Shown: piece by piece, positions 6,589 through 15,261 of the stretch
Layout: each line of letters begins with the position of its first letter
How positions within the stretch are numbered: the first letter of the stretch is position 1
NCBI GenBank assembly: GCA_041482775.1
Contig: JBGPEJ010000002.1
Span: forward strand, 1-39,391
Direction: 5' to 3'
Source of the DNA: Gemmatimonadota bacterium
GTDB lineage: Bacteria > Gemmatimonadota > Gemmatimonadetes > Gemmatimonadales > GWC2-71-9
Length of the DNA stretch: 39,391 bases
The notes under the pieces: generated by a model
The model's input: the letters and a program-made list of their open reading frames with translations, nothing else
Databases searched by the model: none
What the model was told of the DNA's origin: nothing
Made by a program: the position numbers and the translations under genes

Positions 6589-9500
6589 ATGAAGAGGAGC
6601 TCGGCGTTCACCGTCGCCGCCCTACTCGCCCTAGTTGCCGGCAAAGCCCAGGCACAGGCGACGATCACGGGAAAGGTCACGGACGTGAGAGGGGAGGCGC
6701 TCGGGGGCGCCCAGGTCATTCTCCGCGAACTTGCCTCGTTCGGGGCCACGACGGCTTCGAATGGGACCTACACTATCGTCGTCTCGGCAGACCGGGCCAA
6801 AGGGCAGTCCTTCACCCTGGTCGCACGGTACCTGGGCAAGGCGCCGTCCACCAAAGCGGTCACGCTCAACGCGGGCCGGCAGGAGGTGAACTTCACCCTC
6901 AAGGACGATCCGCTCCGCCTCGATGAGCTGGTGGTGACCGGCGTGAATGAGGCCACGTCCACCAAGAAGCTTCCCTTCGCGGTGGGCAAGGTTTCAGCCG
7001 ATCAAATCCAGGACGTCCCTGGCACCACGGCCCTCGGTGCGCTCGCGGGCAAGGTCTCCGGGGTACGCGTCGAGACTGCCAGTGGCGACCCCGCTGGGGC
7101 TCCGTCGATCCGGCTTCGCGGCGCGACCAGCATTTCCGGCTCCTCGCAGCCGCTGATCATCATTGACGGCACGATCAGCCGGGCGACTCTGGCCGACATC
7201 GCTTCCGAAGACATCGACCGAATCGAGGTCATCAAGGGCGCGGCCGCCAGTTCGCTCTACGGCTCCGACGCCGCCAATGGTGTCATCCAGATCTTCACCA
7301 AGCGGGGCAAGAATCTGGCGGACGGGAAGCTCCTGGTCACGGTGCGGAACGAGGCCGGCGCCTCCTGGGTGAGCAAGGAGATTCCCGCCACGCAGACGCA
7401 TGCGTACCGGCTGAAAGACTCTCTCACCTCCACCGGTGCGACGGTCCAGACCTTCGACCGGGACGCGTCCGGCGCCGTTCAGCTCAAGCCCGACCACATC
7501 CAGGACCAGCCCTGGCCGGTCTACCACGATCATCAAAAAGAAGTGCTGCACCCGGGCATGTTCTACACGAACTACCTGTCCATCGGGCAGCGGCGGGGCG
7601 CGACCAATTTCAACGCCTCGTTTGAAAACACCCACACCGAGGGTGTCATTTTCGGGCTGAAGGGTTTCGGCCGGCAGAATTTCCGGCTCAACGTGGACCA
7701 GCAGCTCACCCCCCGGGTGGACTTCGAGCTGAGCACCTTCTACGGGCGCTCGAACAACAACCCGCTCACCGATCCGCGCGGTCAGCAGGCCGGCCAGCTG
7801 GGGCCATTCTTCGAAATTACCTTCGTCCCGCCGGTGGTGGACCTCTTCGCCAAAAACGATGACGGCACCCCATTCCGCGCCGCGATCCCGGACAACTGGA
7901 CCAACTCCGGGAATCCACTGTATGACCTCTCGGTCATCAAGCGCAACGCCGATCGGAGCCGCTTCACCGGCGGCGGGAGGATGCGCTGGCGGATGACCGA
8001 CTGGCTGACTTCCGAAGCCAATTACAACTTCGACCAGGAGCGGGACGACTATAACGACCTGACGCCGTTCGGCGTCCTGTTCGCCGACGGATCCTCCGGC
8101 CCGGGCTCCCTGAACCGGCGATCCTTCACCGGACGGACCTACAACACCGGCGCCACGCTGACCGCGACCAAGACCTGGTCCGGCATCACGAACACCACGA
8201 AGGCCAGTTACATCTACGAGGACCAGACCTCTTCGCAGACTTCGTTCTCGGCCAGTGCGCTGGTCGTGAAATCGGTGCCGGAAGGCGCCGCGGCCGATCC
8301 ATCGACCATTACGGCGGGTTCATCCGACCAGACGATCCGAAACCGCAATGCCTTCGCCATCACGACGTTTGACATCAGGGACAAGTACATCCTTGACGGG
8401 TTGGTGCGGCGGGATGAGTCGTCACTGTTCGGTTCGAATCAGCGAATGTCCTACTACTACCGGCTGTCAGGGGCCTGGCGCGCCAACGAAGACCTCAAGA
8501 TCAAGGGCTTCGACGAAATCCGGCTCCGCGCTTCCTACGGCACCGCCGGCCTCCGGCCCGGATTCGATTACCAGTACGAGACCCTGAGCGTCTCCAGCGG
8601 CTCGTTCAGCAAGACCACGCTGGGCAACAAGGAATTGCGTCCGGCCCACTCGGCCGAGCTGGAAGTCGGCGGCAATATCGAGATGGGCGGCGGGCGGTTC
8701 ACCCTGGAGTACACCTTCTCCCGTAAGGAGACCAAGGACCAGATCCAGCTGGTGAGCCTGCCCTCAGTGGTGGGATTCACGCAGCAGTGGAAAAACGTGG
8801 GTGCGCTGCAGTCCAAGACGCACGAGCTCAGCCTCGGTTATCAGGTGATCAACAATCGCGACATGGCCTGGGTAGTGAACCTGGTCGGCGATCGGACCCG
8901 GCAGGTCATTACCGACTACCCGCTGCCGGAAAAACTCAACAGCTTCGGCCAGCAGCCCGCGGTGTTCTTTCTCGGCAAGGGGGCTTCGCTGGGTGTGATG
9001 TACGGCGAAAAGTTCGTCCGAAACATCAGCGATCTGTACGCCAATCCTTCGTTCGCCGCGTGCCGGGCCACCACCTGTCCCGATGCAAATTTCGTGGTGA
9101 ATGAGGGAGGCTACGTCGTCAGCAAGGCGTCGTGGCAGTGCGGTGAAACCAAGATCAACCTCGCCACGGGGGCCGCCTGCCCGTCCGCCGAGCGGCTGAT
9201 CAAGTATGTGCAATGCTCGAAGGGCACCATCGCCGACTGCAAGGCCACTACCACGACCGTGAAAATCGGTGATGCCAATCCCGACTTCAACGCGAGCTTC
9301 AGCTCGACGTTCAACTACAAGCGGTTCAGCGTCTACGGACTGCTCGATTGGACCCAGGGCGGCAACATCTACAACGGAACCCGGCAGTGGAAGTTCATCA
9401 ATAACTTCGATTCGATCGAGGATCAGCGCGCGGTGCCCGCCGCCTCGAAGAAGTCCCAGGACTACTTCGGCGCGTTGTACAACTCGCTCACGCCGCTCGA

Positions 9501-9771
9501 TTTCTATGCGGAGTCGGGCACGTACGCGAAGATCAAGGAGCTCTCGGTCAACTACACGCTGATTCGCAGCCAACTCGCCAAGGTCGGGCTCGGGTCACTT
9601 GACGCCGTGCGGCTCGGGATAGTGGGCCGGAATCTGCTTACGTTTACGAAGTACACCGGATACGATCCCGAAGTTGCCGGTCTCGACGGCGATCCGTACC
9701 AATTCCGGATCGACTGGTTCTCATACCCACACTACCGTACCTTCACGGCCGTTGTGGAAATCGCGTTCTGA
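6589..9771 (+). CDS. SusC/RagA-family TonB-linked outer membrane receptor (copy 1)
   Basis: The ATG at 6589 is preceded by GAGGGATCAT. Signal peptide: MKRSSAFTVAALLALVAGKAQAQ. A CarboxypepD_reg-like N-terminus (ITGKVTDVRGEALGGAQV) is followed by a plug (IRLRGATSISGSSQPLIIIDG..IDRIEVIKGAAASSLYGSDAANGVIQIFTKRGK) and a long barrel ending in ..VVEIAF. A SusD-like gene follows directly. The track ORF start at 6442 was trimmed. Confidence 0.9.
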   Translation: MKRSSAFTVAALLALVAGKAQAQATITGKVTDVRGEALGGAQVILRELASFGATTASNGTYTIVVSADRAKGQSFTLVARYLGKAPSTKAVTLNAGRQEVNFTLKDDPLRLDELVVTGVNEATSTKKLPFAVGKVSADQIQDVPGTTALGALAGKVSGVRVETASGDPAGAPSIRLRGATSISGSSQPLIIIDGTISRATLADIASEDIDRIEVIKGAAASSLYGSDAANGVIQIFTKRGKNLADGKLLVTVRNEAGASWVSKEIPATQTHAYRLKDSLTSTGATVQTFDRDASGAVQLKPDHIQDQPWPVYHDHQKEVLHPGMFYTNYLSIGQRRGATNFNASFENTHTEGVIFGLKGFGRQNFRLNVDQQLTPRVDFELSTFYGRSNNNPLTDPRGQQAGQLGPFFEITFVPPVVDLFAKNDDGTPFRAAIPDNWTNSGNPLYDLSVIKRNADRSRFTGGGRMRWRMTDWLTSEANYNFDQERDDYNDLTPFGVLFADGSSGPGSLNRRSFTGRTYNTGATLTATKTWSGITNTTKASYIYEDQTSSQTSFSASALVVKSVPEGAAADPSTITAGSSDQTIRNRNAFAITTFDIRDKYILDGLVRRDESSLFGSNQRMSYYYRLSGAWRANEDLKIKGFDEIRLRASYGTAGLRPGFDYQYETLSVSSGSFSKTTLGNKELRPAHSAELEVGGNIEMGGGRFTLEYTFSRKETKDQIQLVSLPSVVGFTQQWKNVGALQSKTHELSLGYQVINNRDMAWVVNLVGDRTRQVITDYPLPEKLNSFGQQPAVFFLGKGASLGVMYGEKFVRNISDLYANPSFAACRATTCPDANFVVNEGGYVVSKASWQCGETKINLATGAACPSAERLIKYVQCSKGTIADCKATTTTVKIGDANPDFNASFSSTFNYKRFSVYGLLDWTQGGNIYNGTRQWKFINNFDSIEDQRAVPAASKKSQDYFGALYNSLTPLDFYAESGTYAKIKELSVNYTLIRSQLAKVGLGSLDAVRLGIVGRNLLTFTKYTGYDPEVAGLDGDPYQFRIDWFSYPHYRTFTAVVEIAF

Positions 9772-9789
9772 GGCTCCGACCCGACTCTC

Positions 9790-11625
9790 ATGAGGACATC
9801 ATTCATGCGTAAGCTGATGCAGTGGTATCGGCTCGCGGCAGTCGCAGCGGCGATCGGCACTCTGGGCTGCAAGAGCCTCGAGGTGGCGAACCCCAACGCA
9901 CCTGACGCGGCCCGCGCCTTCTCCGACCCGGGCGCCGTCGCCGGGCTGGTGACGGGCGCCATGCGCAACTGGTTTAATACCCGTGGGACCTATTACGGGG
10001 CGGAGACGCTGGACATGATGGCGGACAACTATTCGTCCTCCTGGAACAACATGAATAATCGGTACTACAGCTCATACGGGCCGGTTGGTACCTTCCAGGC
10101 GAACTGTCCGCAGCGTTGCGGTTGGGTGAATAACACTTCGGATCCCAAGCGGTTGTGGGTCGAGGGCCTGTGGTACGGCTATTACGGCATGCTGTCGTCG
10201 GTCAACGACGTGCTCACCGCGATCCGGAAGAACCACCTGGATCTCGGTGGCGATGAAGCCACCAATCAGGCCGAGGCAGCCAGCGTGCTGCTCCAGGGTG
10301 TGGTATTCGCCGGCATCGCGCTGAATTACGACAAGGGTTTCGTGGTGACCGACAATACCGACATCTCCAATCCAACCACGATTCCATTCCGACCCAGGGC
10401 GGAGATGCGCGATTCGGCCGTCGCCTTCCTGCAGCACGCCATCGACCTTCTGGCAGCACACCCATTCGCCAAGGCCCCGAGCACCTGGTTCGGGACGGTG
10501 AACGGCATTCAGTATTCGAGCACCCAACTCATCCAGGTAGCCCGCACTGCCCAGGCCGAGGCGCTGGCGATGTTTGCCCGATGCCTGACCGGCTGCCCGA
10601 CTGCGTCGGATAATGACGCTGCGACCGATTGGGGCAAGGTGGCCACGTACGCCGCCCAAGGGGTGAGCTCCGGGGCAGGCTTCGACTTCACCTTCTTCCA
10701 AGACGGCGGCGTGCTCTACGACTGGGTCAAGGGTTGGGGTAACAACTTCGGCGATGTGCGGGTGGACAGCCGGGTAGTCCATCTCATCACCGCCGGACCG
10801 GATCCTTCCCGAGTACACCATGATCCCTGGACGGCGGTGGAATTGTCGCCGAACGCCACCGACAAGCGGGTCGGGGATGGCACATTTGGGCCAACGGACG
10901 CGTACGACGGCCCCACCACGTTCAAGGCGGATGCGGGCCACGGAACCGACTACGCCTACACCCCGAGTTTCCGCTTTAACCCGCTCCGCGGCCCTGCCCA
11001 TCAGTCGAACCTGACCCACGTCCGCTACATTGCCTGCACCAGCAGCTTCGGCAATACCAACCGGTGCCAGAACCCGGTCTACTCGCAACAAGTCAACGAC
11101 CTGCTCTGGGCCGAGGGGCTCATCAAGGGCCCGGGAGGCTTCGCGCAGGCGGCGACGCTCATCAACAAGACGCGAGTGAACCGGGGTGGCTTGCCCGCGC
11201 TCACCGGCGGGGAAGGGAAGCCGGCGCTGCTCGCCGCGCTGCAATACGAGCTTGAGGTCGAAGATATGGGCATGGGAGACCTGCCTTTCTACAATCGGCG
11301 CCGGGAAACGCCATATAACTGGCCTGCACCTGGGACAGCCGCCATTTCCTACAGCGTTGGCGGCCCGGGTGATCCGCGAGCCGCTGCTTGCCCGTCTATC
11401 CTGTGTCTCTGGCCCGGCACGCCGCGGCATCAGCCGGTGCCCGCGAAGGAATTGAGTGTCCTGGTCAAAGAGCTCTATTCGTTCGGGGGTCCGATTGACG
11501 ACGATGTGACGGGCCCCGCGGCGAGCAGCGCTGCGATTCGTTCGAATGGCGAGCCGATCTTCAGCGCTCGACAGATCGGTGCGGCACTGAACAAGAAGCG
11601 TCCGTCGGGTGTGACGCATCAGTAG
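9790..11625 (+). CDS. SusD/RagB-family outer membrane lipoprotein (copy 1)
   Basis: It starts 18 nt after the susC-like stop. Lipobox: AAIGTLGCKS, followed by LEVANPNAPD, which is typical of SusD N-termini. The 611-aa length fits the family. Confidence 0.8.
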   Translation: MRTSFMRKLMQWYRLAAVAAAIGTLGCKSLEVANPNAPDAARAFSDPGAVAGLVTGAMRNWFNTRGTYYGAETLDMMADNYSSSWNNMNNRYYSSYGPVGTFQANCPQRCGWVNNTSDPKRLWVEGLWYGYYGMLSSVNDVLTAIRKNHLDLGGDEATNQAEAASVLLQGVVFAGIALNYDKGFVVTDNTDISNPTTIPFRPRAEMRDSAVAFLQHAIDLLAAHPFAKAPSTWFGTVNGIQYSSTQLIQVARTAQAEALAMFARCLTGCPTASDNDAATDWGKVATYAAQGVSSGAGFDFTFFQDGGVLYDWVKGWGNNFGDVRVDSRVVHLITAGPDPSRVHHDPWTAVELSPNATDKRVGDGTFGPTDAYDGPTTFKADAGHGTDYAYTPSFRFNPLRGPAHQSNLTHVRYIACTSSFGNTNRCQNPVYSQQVNDLLWAEGLIKGPGGFAQAATLINKTRVNRGGLPALTGGEGKPALLAALQYELEVEDMGMGDLPFYNRRRETPYNWPAPGTAAISYSVGGPGDPRAAACPSILCLWPGTPRHQPVPAKELSVLVKELYSFGGPIDDDVTGPAASSAAIRSNGEPIFSARQIGAALNKKRPSGVTHQ

Positions 11626-11653
11626 CACCGACACCTCGCCGGTCAAACCAGCG

Positions 11654-11686
11654 AACGGGCGCCCCCTCGGGGGCGCCCGTTTCGTT
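11654..11686 (+). terminator. Rho-independent-type terminator after the susD-like gene
   Basis: A perfect 12-bp stem, AACGGGCGCCCC / GGGGCGCCCGTT, with loop CTCG, is followed by TCGTT. It begins 29 nt after the stop at 11625. Confidence 0.7.
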
Positions 11687-11758
11687 GCTGTGGCGTGCCT
11701 GTCCGCAACGGGGTGGGGACATCGGAGCGAAACTGCCACGCCGCCGGAGCGATTTCGA

Positions 11759-11788
11759 TTGACAACCCTCGGTGGACCGGCGTAATTC
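11759..11788 (+). promoter_or_regulatory. Candidate sigma70-type promoter for the small ORF / sulfatase-like operon
   Basis: A perfect TTGACA (11759..11764) is followed 17 to 18 nt later by a weak -10 (GTAATT / TAATTC). It lies about 25 nt upstream of ATG 11814. Confidence 0.3.
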
Positions 11789-11813
11789 CGGCTACACGAC
11801 GCGCGACCTCGAG

Positions 11814-12023
11814 ATGACCATGCTGTACTTCGGGCCCGAAACGACGATGCCTCTGGTCTCCGCAGTCGCTGCCGCGGTGGGCGTCGTCCTCATGTTCTGG
11901 CGGCGCGTGATTGCCTGGACGCGGGCGGTCATCGGACGGGTGTTTCGGCGGGCCGGCACCAGGCGCCCGGAGGCGTCCCGCGCCAAGCCTGCCGCCAAGG
12001 GGAAGGCCGCGGGGGGTCATTGA
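11814..12023 (+). CDS. Small (69 aa) single-pass membrane protein with a basic K/R/A-rich tail
   Basis: Sequence: MTMLYFGPETTMPLVSAVAAAVGVVLMFWRRV..RRAGTRRPEASRAKPAAKGKAAGGH. Its stop, TGA 12021..12023, overlaps the TTG at 12020 that opens the next ORF. The start could be 11814 or 11820. Coding status is unproven. Confidence 0.45.
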   Translation: MTMLYFGPETTMPLVSAVAAAVGVVLMFWRRVIAWTRAVIGRVFRRAGTRRPEASRAKPAAKGKAAGGH

Positions 12024-13933
12024 TTCTGGAGGTGCCGCGCAACATCACCCCACCGGGTTCCGCAGGGAATTCTCTCACCGGTGCGCGCATCCAATCGCCG
12101 TCACCGCTCCGCCTGCTCCTGCTGGCCGTCTGGTTCGGTCTCCTGGCCGGCCTCATCGAGATCATCTTGGTGCAGTTCTCCCTTCGCGCCGGCGTAACGG
12201 TGCGGCTCAGCGCCGACTACATCTGGATGGCTCCCGCCGCCAATGTGATGTTTGCCACCACGGCGGCGCTCGGCACGATGGGGCTGGCCCGGTGGCGGCC
12301 GCGGTGGGGGAGTGCAGACGTTACAGTCGGTGTGCTCGTCGCGCTTCTGGCGGCGAGCGCGGGCTTTCTGGTCGAGTCACTGCACCGCGGAGCGGTGTTG
12401 CTTCTGGCGCTGGGTATCGGCTCGCAGGCCGCGCGGTTGGCGGGACGTCCCGGGGTACGCCGGCTCTTCGTCATCGTCCCGCCAACGGCGCTGGCCATGG
12501 TCGGCCTCATTGCTTACGCGGAGATCAACCTGCGCGGAGCGGCCACCCGTCGGGAGGCGGAGGCCGAGCGCGCCCTCGCGGCGGCGCCGGCCGGCGCCAT
12601 GAACGTGCTCCTCCTGATCCTCGACACCGTTCGTGACGAGAGCACCGGGCTCGACAACCCGGCGAACGCGACCACGCCCGAGCTGGACGCTTTCGCGCGC
12701 CAAGCAGTTGTGTTCGAGCGGGCCTTTGCCCCCGCGCCATGGACGCTGCCGTCCCATGCGAGCTTCTTCACTGGTCGGCTGCCCAGCGAGCTATCCGCAA
12801 ACTGGGGCGTTCCGCTCGACAACCGTTACCCCACGCTGGCGGAGTACCTGGCTGGGAAGGGGTATCTGACGGCGGGGTTTGTGGGCAACTTGCAGTTCGC
12901 GACCCGGGCCAGCGGGCTCGCCCGGGGCTTCATCCACTACGACGACTTCCAGGCGAATCTCGGACAGACGATTCTCAGCTCCAGCATCGGGCGCGCGCTG
13001 GCCGGGGCCACCTGGCTGCGCCGGCTGGTGGGCTACCACGAGCTGCTCAACCGCCGCACCGCGGCCGATGTCACCGAGGACTTTCTGGCCTGGCAGGCTC
13101 GGGAAAAAGGCCGGCCATTCTTCGCCTTTGTCAACCTGTTCGACGCGCACGAGCCCTACTTCCCGAAGGGCCGTTCCGGCTCGATTCTCTGGCCGGGGCC
13201 GCGCTGGACCAAGTATGAGCATGAGGTCGGGTTGCACTCCGGTGCCAACGCTTGGATCGCCGAGAAGTGGACCCTCACCCCCGACGAAGTCAAGACCCAT
13301 GCCTGGGCTTACGAGCAGGCGATCTCCCATGTGGATCGCGAGGTGGGTCGCCTGCTGGTGGAACTAGGGAAACGGGGTGTTCTGAACAACACTCTGGTCA
13401 TCATTGCAGGGGACCACGGTGAGCAGGTGGGGGAACACCACCTCTTCGAGCACATCAACAGTCTCTACCTTCCGAGCCTCCACGTGCCTTTGATTGTCTG
13501 GTCGCCCCGAATACCGAAAGGAGCCCGGGCACGGGAAGCCGTCAGCCTTCGGGACATTCCGGCAACCGTGTTGGATCTCCTCGGGTTCTCTGCCGGGACG
13601 CCGTTTCCCGGCCGTTCACTGGCTGCGCACTGGGTGGCGCCGGGCGGTGCGGACACCGTGTTTTCCGCGCTGAAGCGGGGCCTCGTTCGACAGGGGTGGT
13701 ACCCGATCGGCCGCGGGGCGGAGATGTTCTCCCTCACGACCACCGACCACCAGTACATCCGGAACGGTGACAACAGCGAGGAGCTCTACGACCTGCGGCA
13801 GGATCCCGGTGAGACCAGGGATCTCTCGCGTGATCCCGCCGATACCTACGTTCTCAGCCGGTTCCGGGACAACCTCTCCCGCGTATTGAGGCGTCCGCTC
13901 AGCTCGCCGTCACCCACATCCGCACGGCCATGA
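12020..13933 (+). CDS. Membrane-anchored sulfatase-like hydrolase/transferase (alkaline phosphatase superfamily)
   Basis: The N-terminus has about five hydrophobic helices (LRLLLLAVWFGLLAGLIEIIL, VMFATTAALGTMGLA, VGVLVALLAASAGFLV and others). The sulfatase fold follows: NVLLLILDTVRDES, WTLPSHASFFTG in place of the C-x-P-x-R motif, and IIAGDHGEQVGEH. The start could be TTG 12020 or GTG 12032. Confidence 0.8.
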   Translation: MILEVPRNITPPGSAGNSLTGARIQSPSPLRLLLLAVWFGLLAGLIEIILVQFSLRAGVTVRLSADYIWMAPAANVMFATTAALGTMGLARWRPRWGSADVTVGVLVALLAASAGFLVESLHRGAVLLLALGIGSQAARLAGRPGVRRLFVIVPPTALAMVGLIAYAEINLRGAATRREAEAERALAAAPAGAMNVLLLILDTVRDESTGLDNPANATTPELDAFARQAVVFERAFAPAPWTLPSHASFFTGRLPSELSANWGVPLDNRYPTLAEYLAGKGYLTAGFVGNLQFATRASGLARGFIHYDDFQANLGQTILSSSIGRALAGATWLRRLVGYHELLNRRTAADVTEDFLAWQAREKGRPFFAFVNLFDAHEPYFPKGRSGSILWPGPRWTKYEHEVGLHSGANAWIAEKWTLTPDEVKTHAWAYEQAISHVDREVGRLLVELGKRGVLNNTLVIIAGDHGEQVGEHHLFEHINSLYLPSLHVPLIVWSPRIPKGARAREAVSLRDIPATVLDLLGFSAGTPFPGRSLAAHWVAPGGADTVFSALKRGLVRQGWYPIGRGAEMFSLTTTDHQYIRNGDNSEELYDLRQDPGETRDLSRDPADTYVLSRFRDNLSRVLRRPLSSPSPTSARP

Positions 13934-14258
13934 GTACGAGGAAGACGGCGAAGCTCCGCTGCACGACCGCGGGAGGGGCCTGCTGCGCGATCCGCGCGCC
14001 GAGCCAGGCGCCGAGCGTGAGGCCCACGGCAAGGAGTATTGCCGCCCGCACGTCGACGTGCCCCCGGCGGTAATACTCCAGCGCGCCGAAGATGCCCACC
14101 GGGAGGATCATCGCGCCGAGGGATGTGCCGGTGGCGGTAGGGAAGGGGAGCTTCATCACGCCGACCAGCCCGATCACCATGATGACGCCTCCCCCGATGC
14201 CGAAGAGGCCCGCGAGAATGCCGGCGAGAATGCCGAGCGCGACGTAGAGAATGGTCAC
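13899..14258 (-). CDS. Half-size TSUP (TauE/SafE-family) membrane permease, 119 aa
   Basis: The GTG start is preceded by GGAGGccctg. A TSUP glycine motif is present (GILAGILAGLFGIGGGVIMV), with about four predicted TM helices. The 3' end overlaps the convergent sulfatase-like gene by 35 nt. Confidence 0.75.
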   Translation of the reverse strand: MTILYVALGILAGILAGLFGIGGGVIMVIGLVGVMKLPFPTATGTSLGAMILPVGIFGALEYYRRGHVDVRAAILLAVGLTLGAWLGARIAQQAPPAVVQRSFAVFLVLMAVRMWVTAS

Positions 14259-14314
14259 CAGGGCCTCCGGAGGCGTGGCCAGGGAATCTAACAGTCCGCC
14301 AGCACGCGGGAGAG

Positions 14315-14970
14315 GTGCTCCTCGCCGCGGCCGGCCTCGGCATGGCCGCAGGCGGTGTGGAGGCGCTCGCCCACACCATCCGTCGGCGCGTGATGCATCG
14401 CACCCTCTCCCTGGGCCGGGTCGACCCTCCAGTGGATCGCCACTGGAAGCTGCTGCAGCAGGCCTACGGCCCGCCCCCGGTTTCGATCGACGAGCTGGGC
14501 ACCAATCTGGATGCGTACGACGGAGCCATCACGTATCTCGACGGACAAATCGACGCACTGTTGCGCGCGCTGGCCTCGCGGGGACGCCTGGCCAACACGA
14601 TCATCGTAGTGACCTCCGATCATGGGGAGCTGTTCGGCGAACATGGGGTGCTCACCCATGGCAACAGTCTCTTCCTTCCGGTGCTCCACATCCCGTTGTT
14701 CATGGTGGCGCCGGGACGGATACCGGTCGGGGCAAGGATTCCATCCATCGCGTCGCTTCGGGACCTCCCGGCAACCTTGCTCGATCTGGCGGGCGTGCCC
14801 AACCCCGGACTGCCGGGGCATTCCTTGGCCGGCGATCTGCGTGCGGCCATCGCTGGCACCGTCACGGACACGCTGATTCCTCGGAGATCCGGAATCTGGT
14901 GTCGGTGCCGGAGTACCAGGCCGATTTGACGCGCTACCGCCGGGCACTCGCGGCTCTCCCCAGCCGGTAG
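14315..14970 (+). pseudogene. Decayed paralog of the sulfatase-like gene (C-terminal part only, frameshifted)
   Basis: AYDGAITYLDGQIDALL..NTIIVVTSDHGELFGEHG..LHIPLFMVAPGRIP..LRDLPATLLDLAG..PGHSLAG aligns with AYEQAISHVDREVGRLL..IIAGDHGEQVGEHH..LHVPLIVWSPRIP..LRDIPATVLDLLG..PGRSLAA of 12020..13933. The whole N-terminal catalytic and membrane part is missing. Near 14880 the homology switches frame (..SEIRNLVSVPEYQADLTRYRRAL, stop at 14968..14970), and about 40 residues are missing relative to the intact copy. Confidence 0.65.
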
Positions 14971-14976
14971 GGCGGC

Positions 14977-15014
14977 GTGTCCTTCCGACACAAGACGTGT
15001 CGGGGCCGCGTGTC
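14977..15014 (+). promoter_or_regulatory. GTGTC/GACAC palindrome cluster upstream of susC-like gene 2 (same element as at 6327)
   Basis: GTGTCCTTCCGACAC (14977..14991) overlaps GACACAAGACGTGTC (14987..15001), and a further GTGTC lies at 15010..15014. The cluster sits about 250 to 285 bp upstream of ATG 15262. The flank GGTAG-N5/6-GTGTCCTT is also shared with locus 1. Confidence 0.35.
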
Positions 15015-15096
15015 GTAACGCCTCACGGGGTCGAGCGCCTCTATCTACAGGCAGCAAACTCAAGGGGTTACCCCCCTTACGGGTCGGCACGGAAAC

Positions 15097-15105
15097 TGAT
15101 ATAAT
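15097..15105 (+). promoter_or_regulatory. Extended -10 promoter (TGaTATAAT) for susC-like gene 2
   Basis: TGATATAAT fits TGnTATAAT exactly, in an otherwise GC-rich stretch. It predicts a TSS near 15112 and a leader of about 150 nt. Confidence 0.45.
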
Positions 15106-15261
15106 TTCTCATTACTGAGGGATGGACCGGCGAGGGGAGATTGCGAAACCCCTTCGCGCGCCACTCCCTCCGGACCTTCGACCCTGAAAACCCGATCTGT
15201 TTCCAGCCCGTCTCCCTGGGAGGCGGGTGTTCGTCCACCTCAAGAGATCGAGGATCGATCC

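Noticed and set aside
10072-11739. 555-aa ORF antisense to the susD-like gene. Similar long antisense or alternate-frame ORFs occur at 15301..17154, 15141..16934, 19628..20938, 21547..22680, 32300..34777, 34865..36766, 29813..31219 and 845..1684.
   Set aside because: All are extremely Arg/Gly/Pro/Ala-rich and low-complexity, with no recognisable motifs. Each lies opposite, or out of frame with, a gene that has clear family signatures. Such shadow ORFs are expected in DNA this GC-rich because stop codons are rare.
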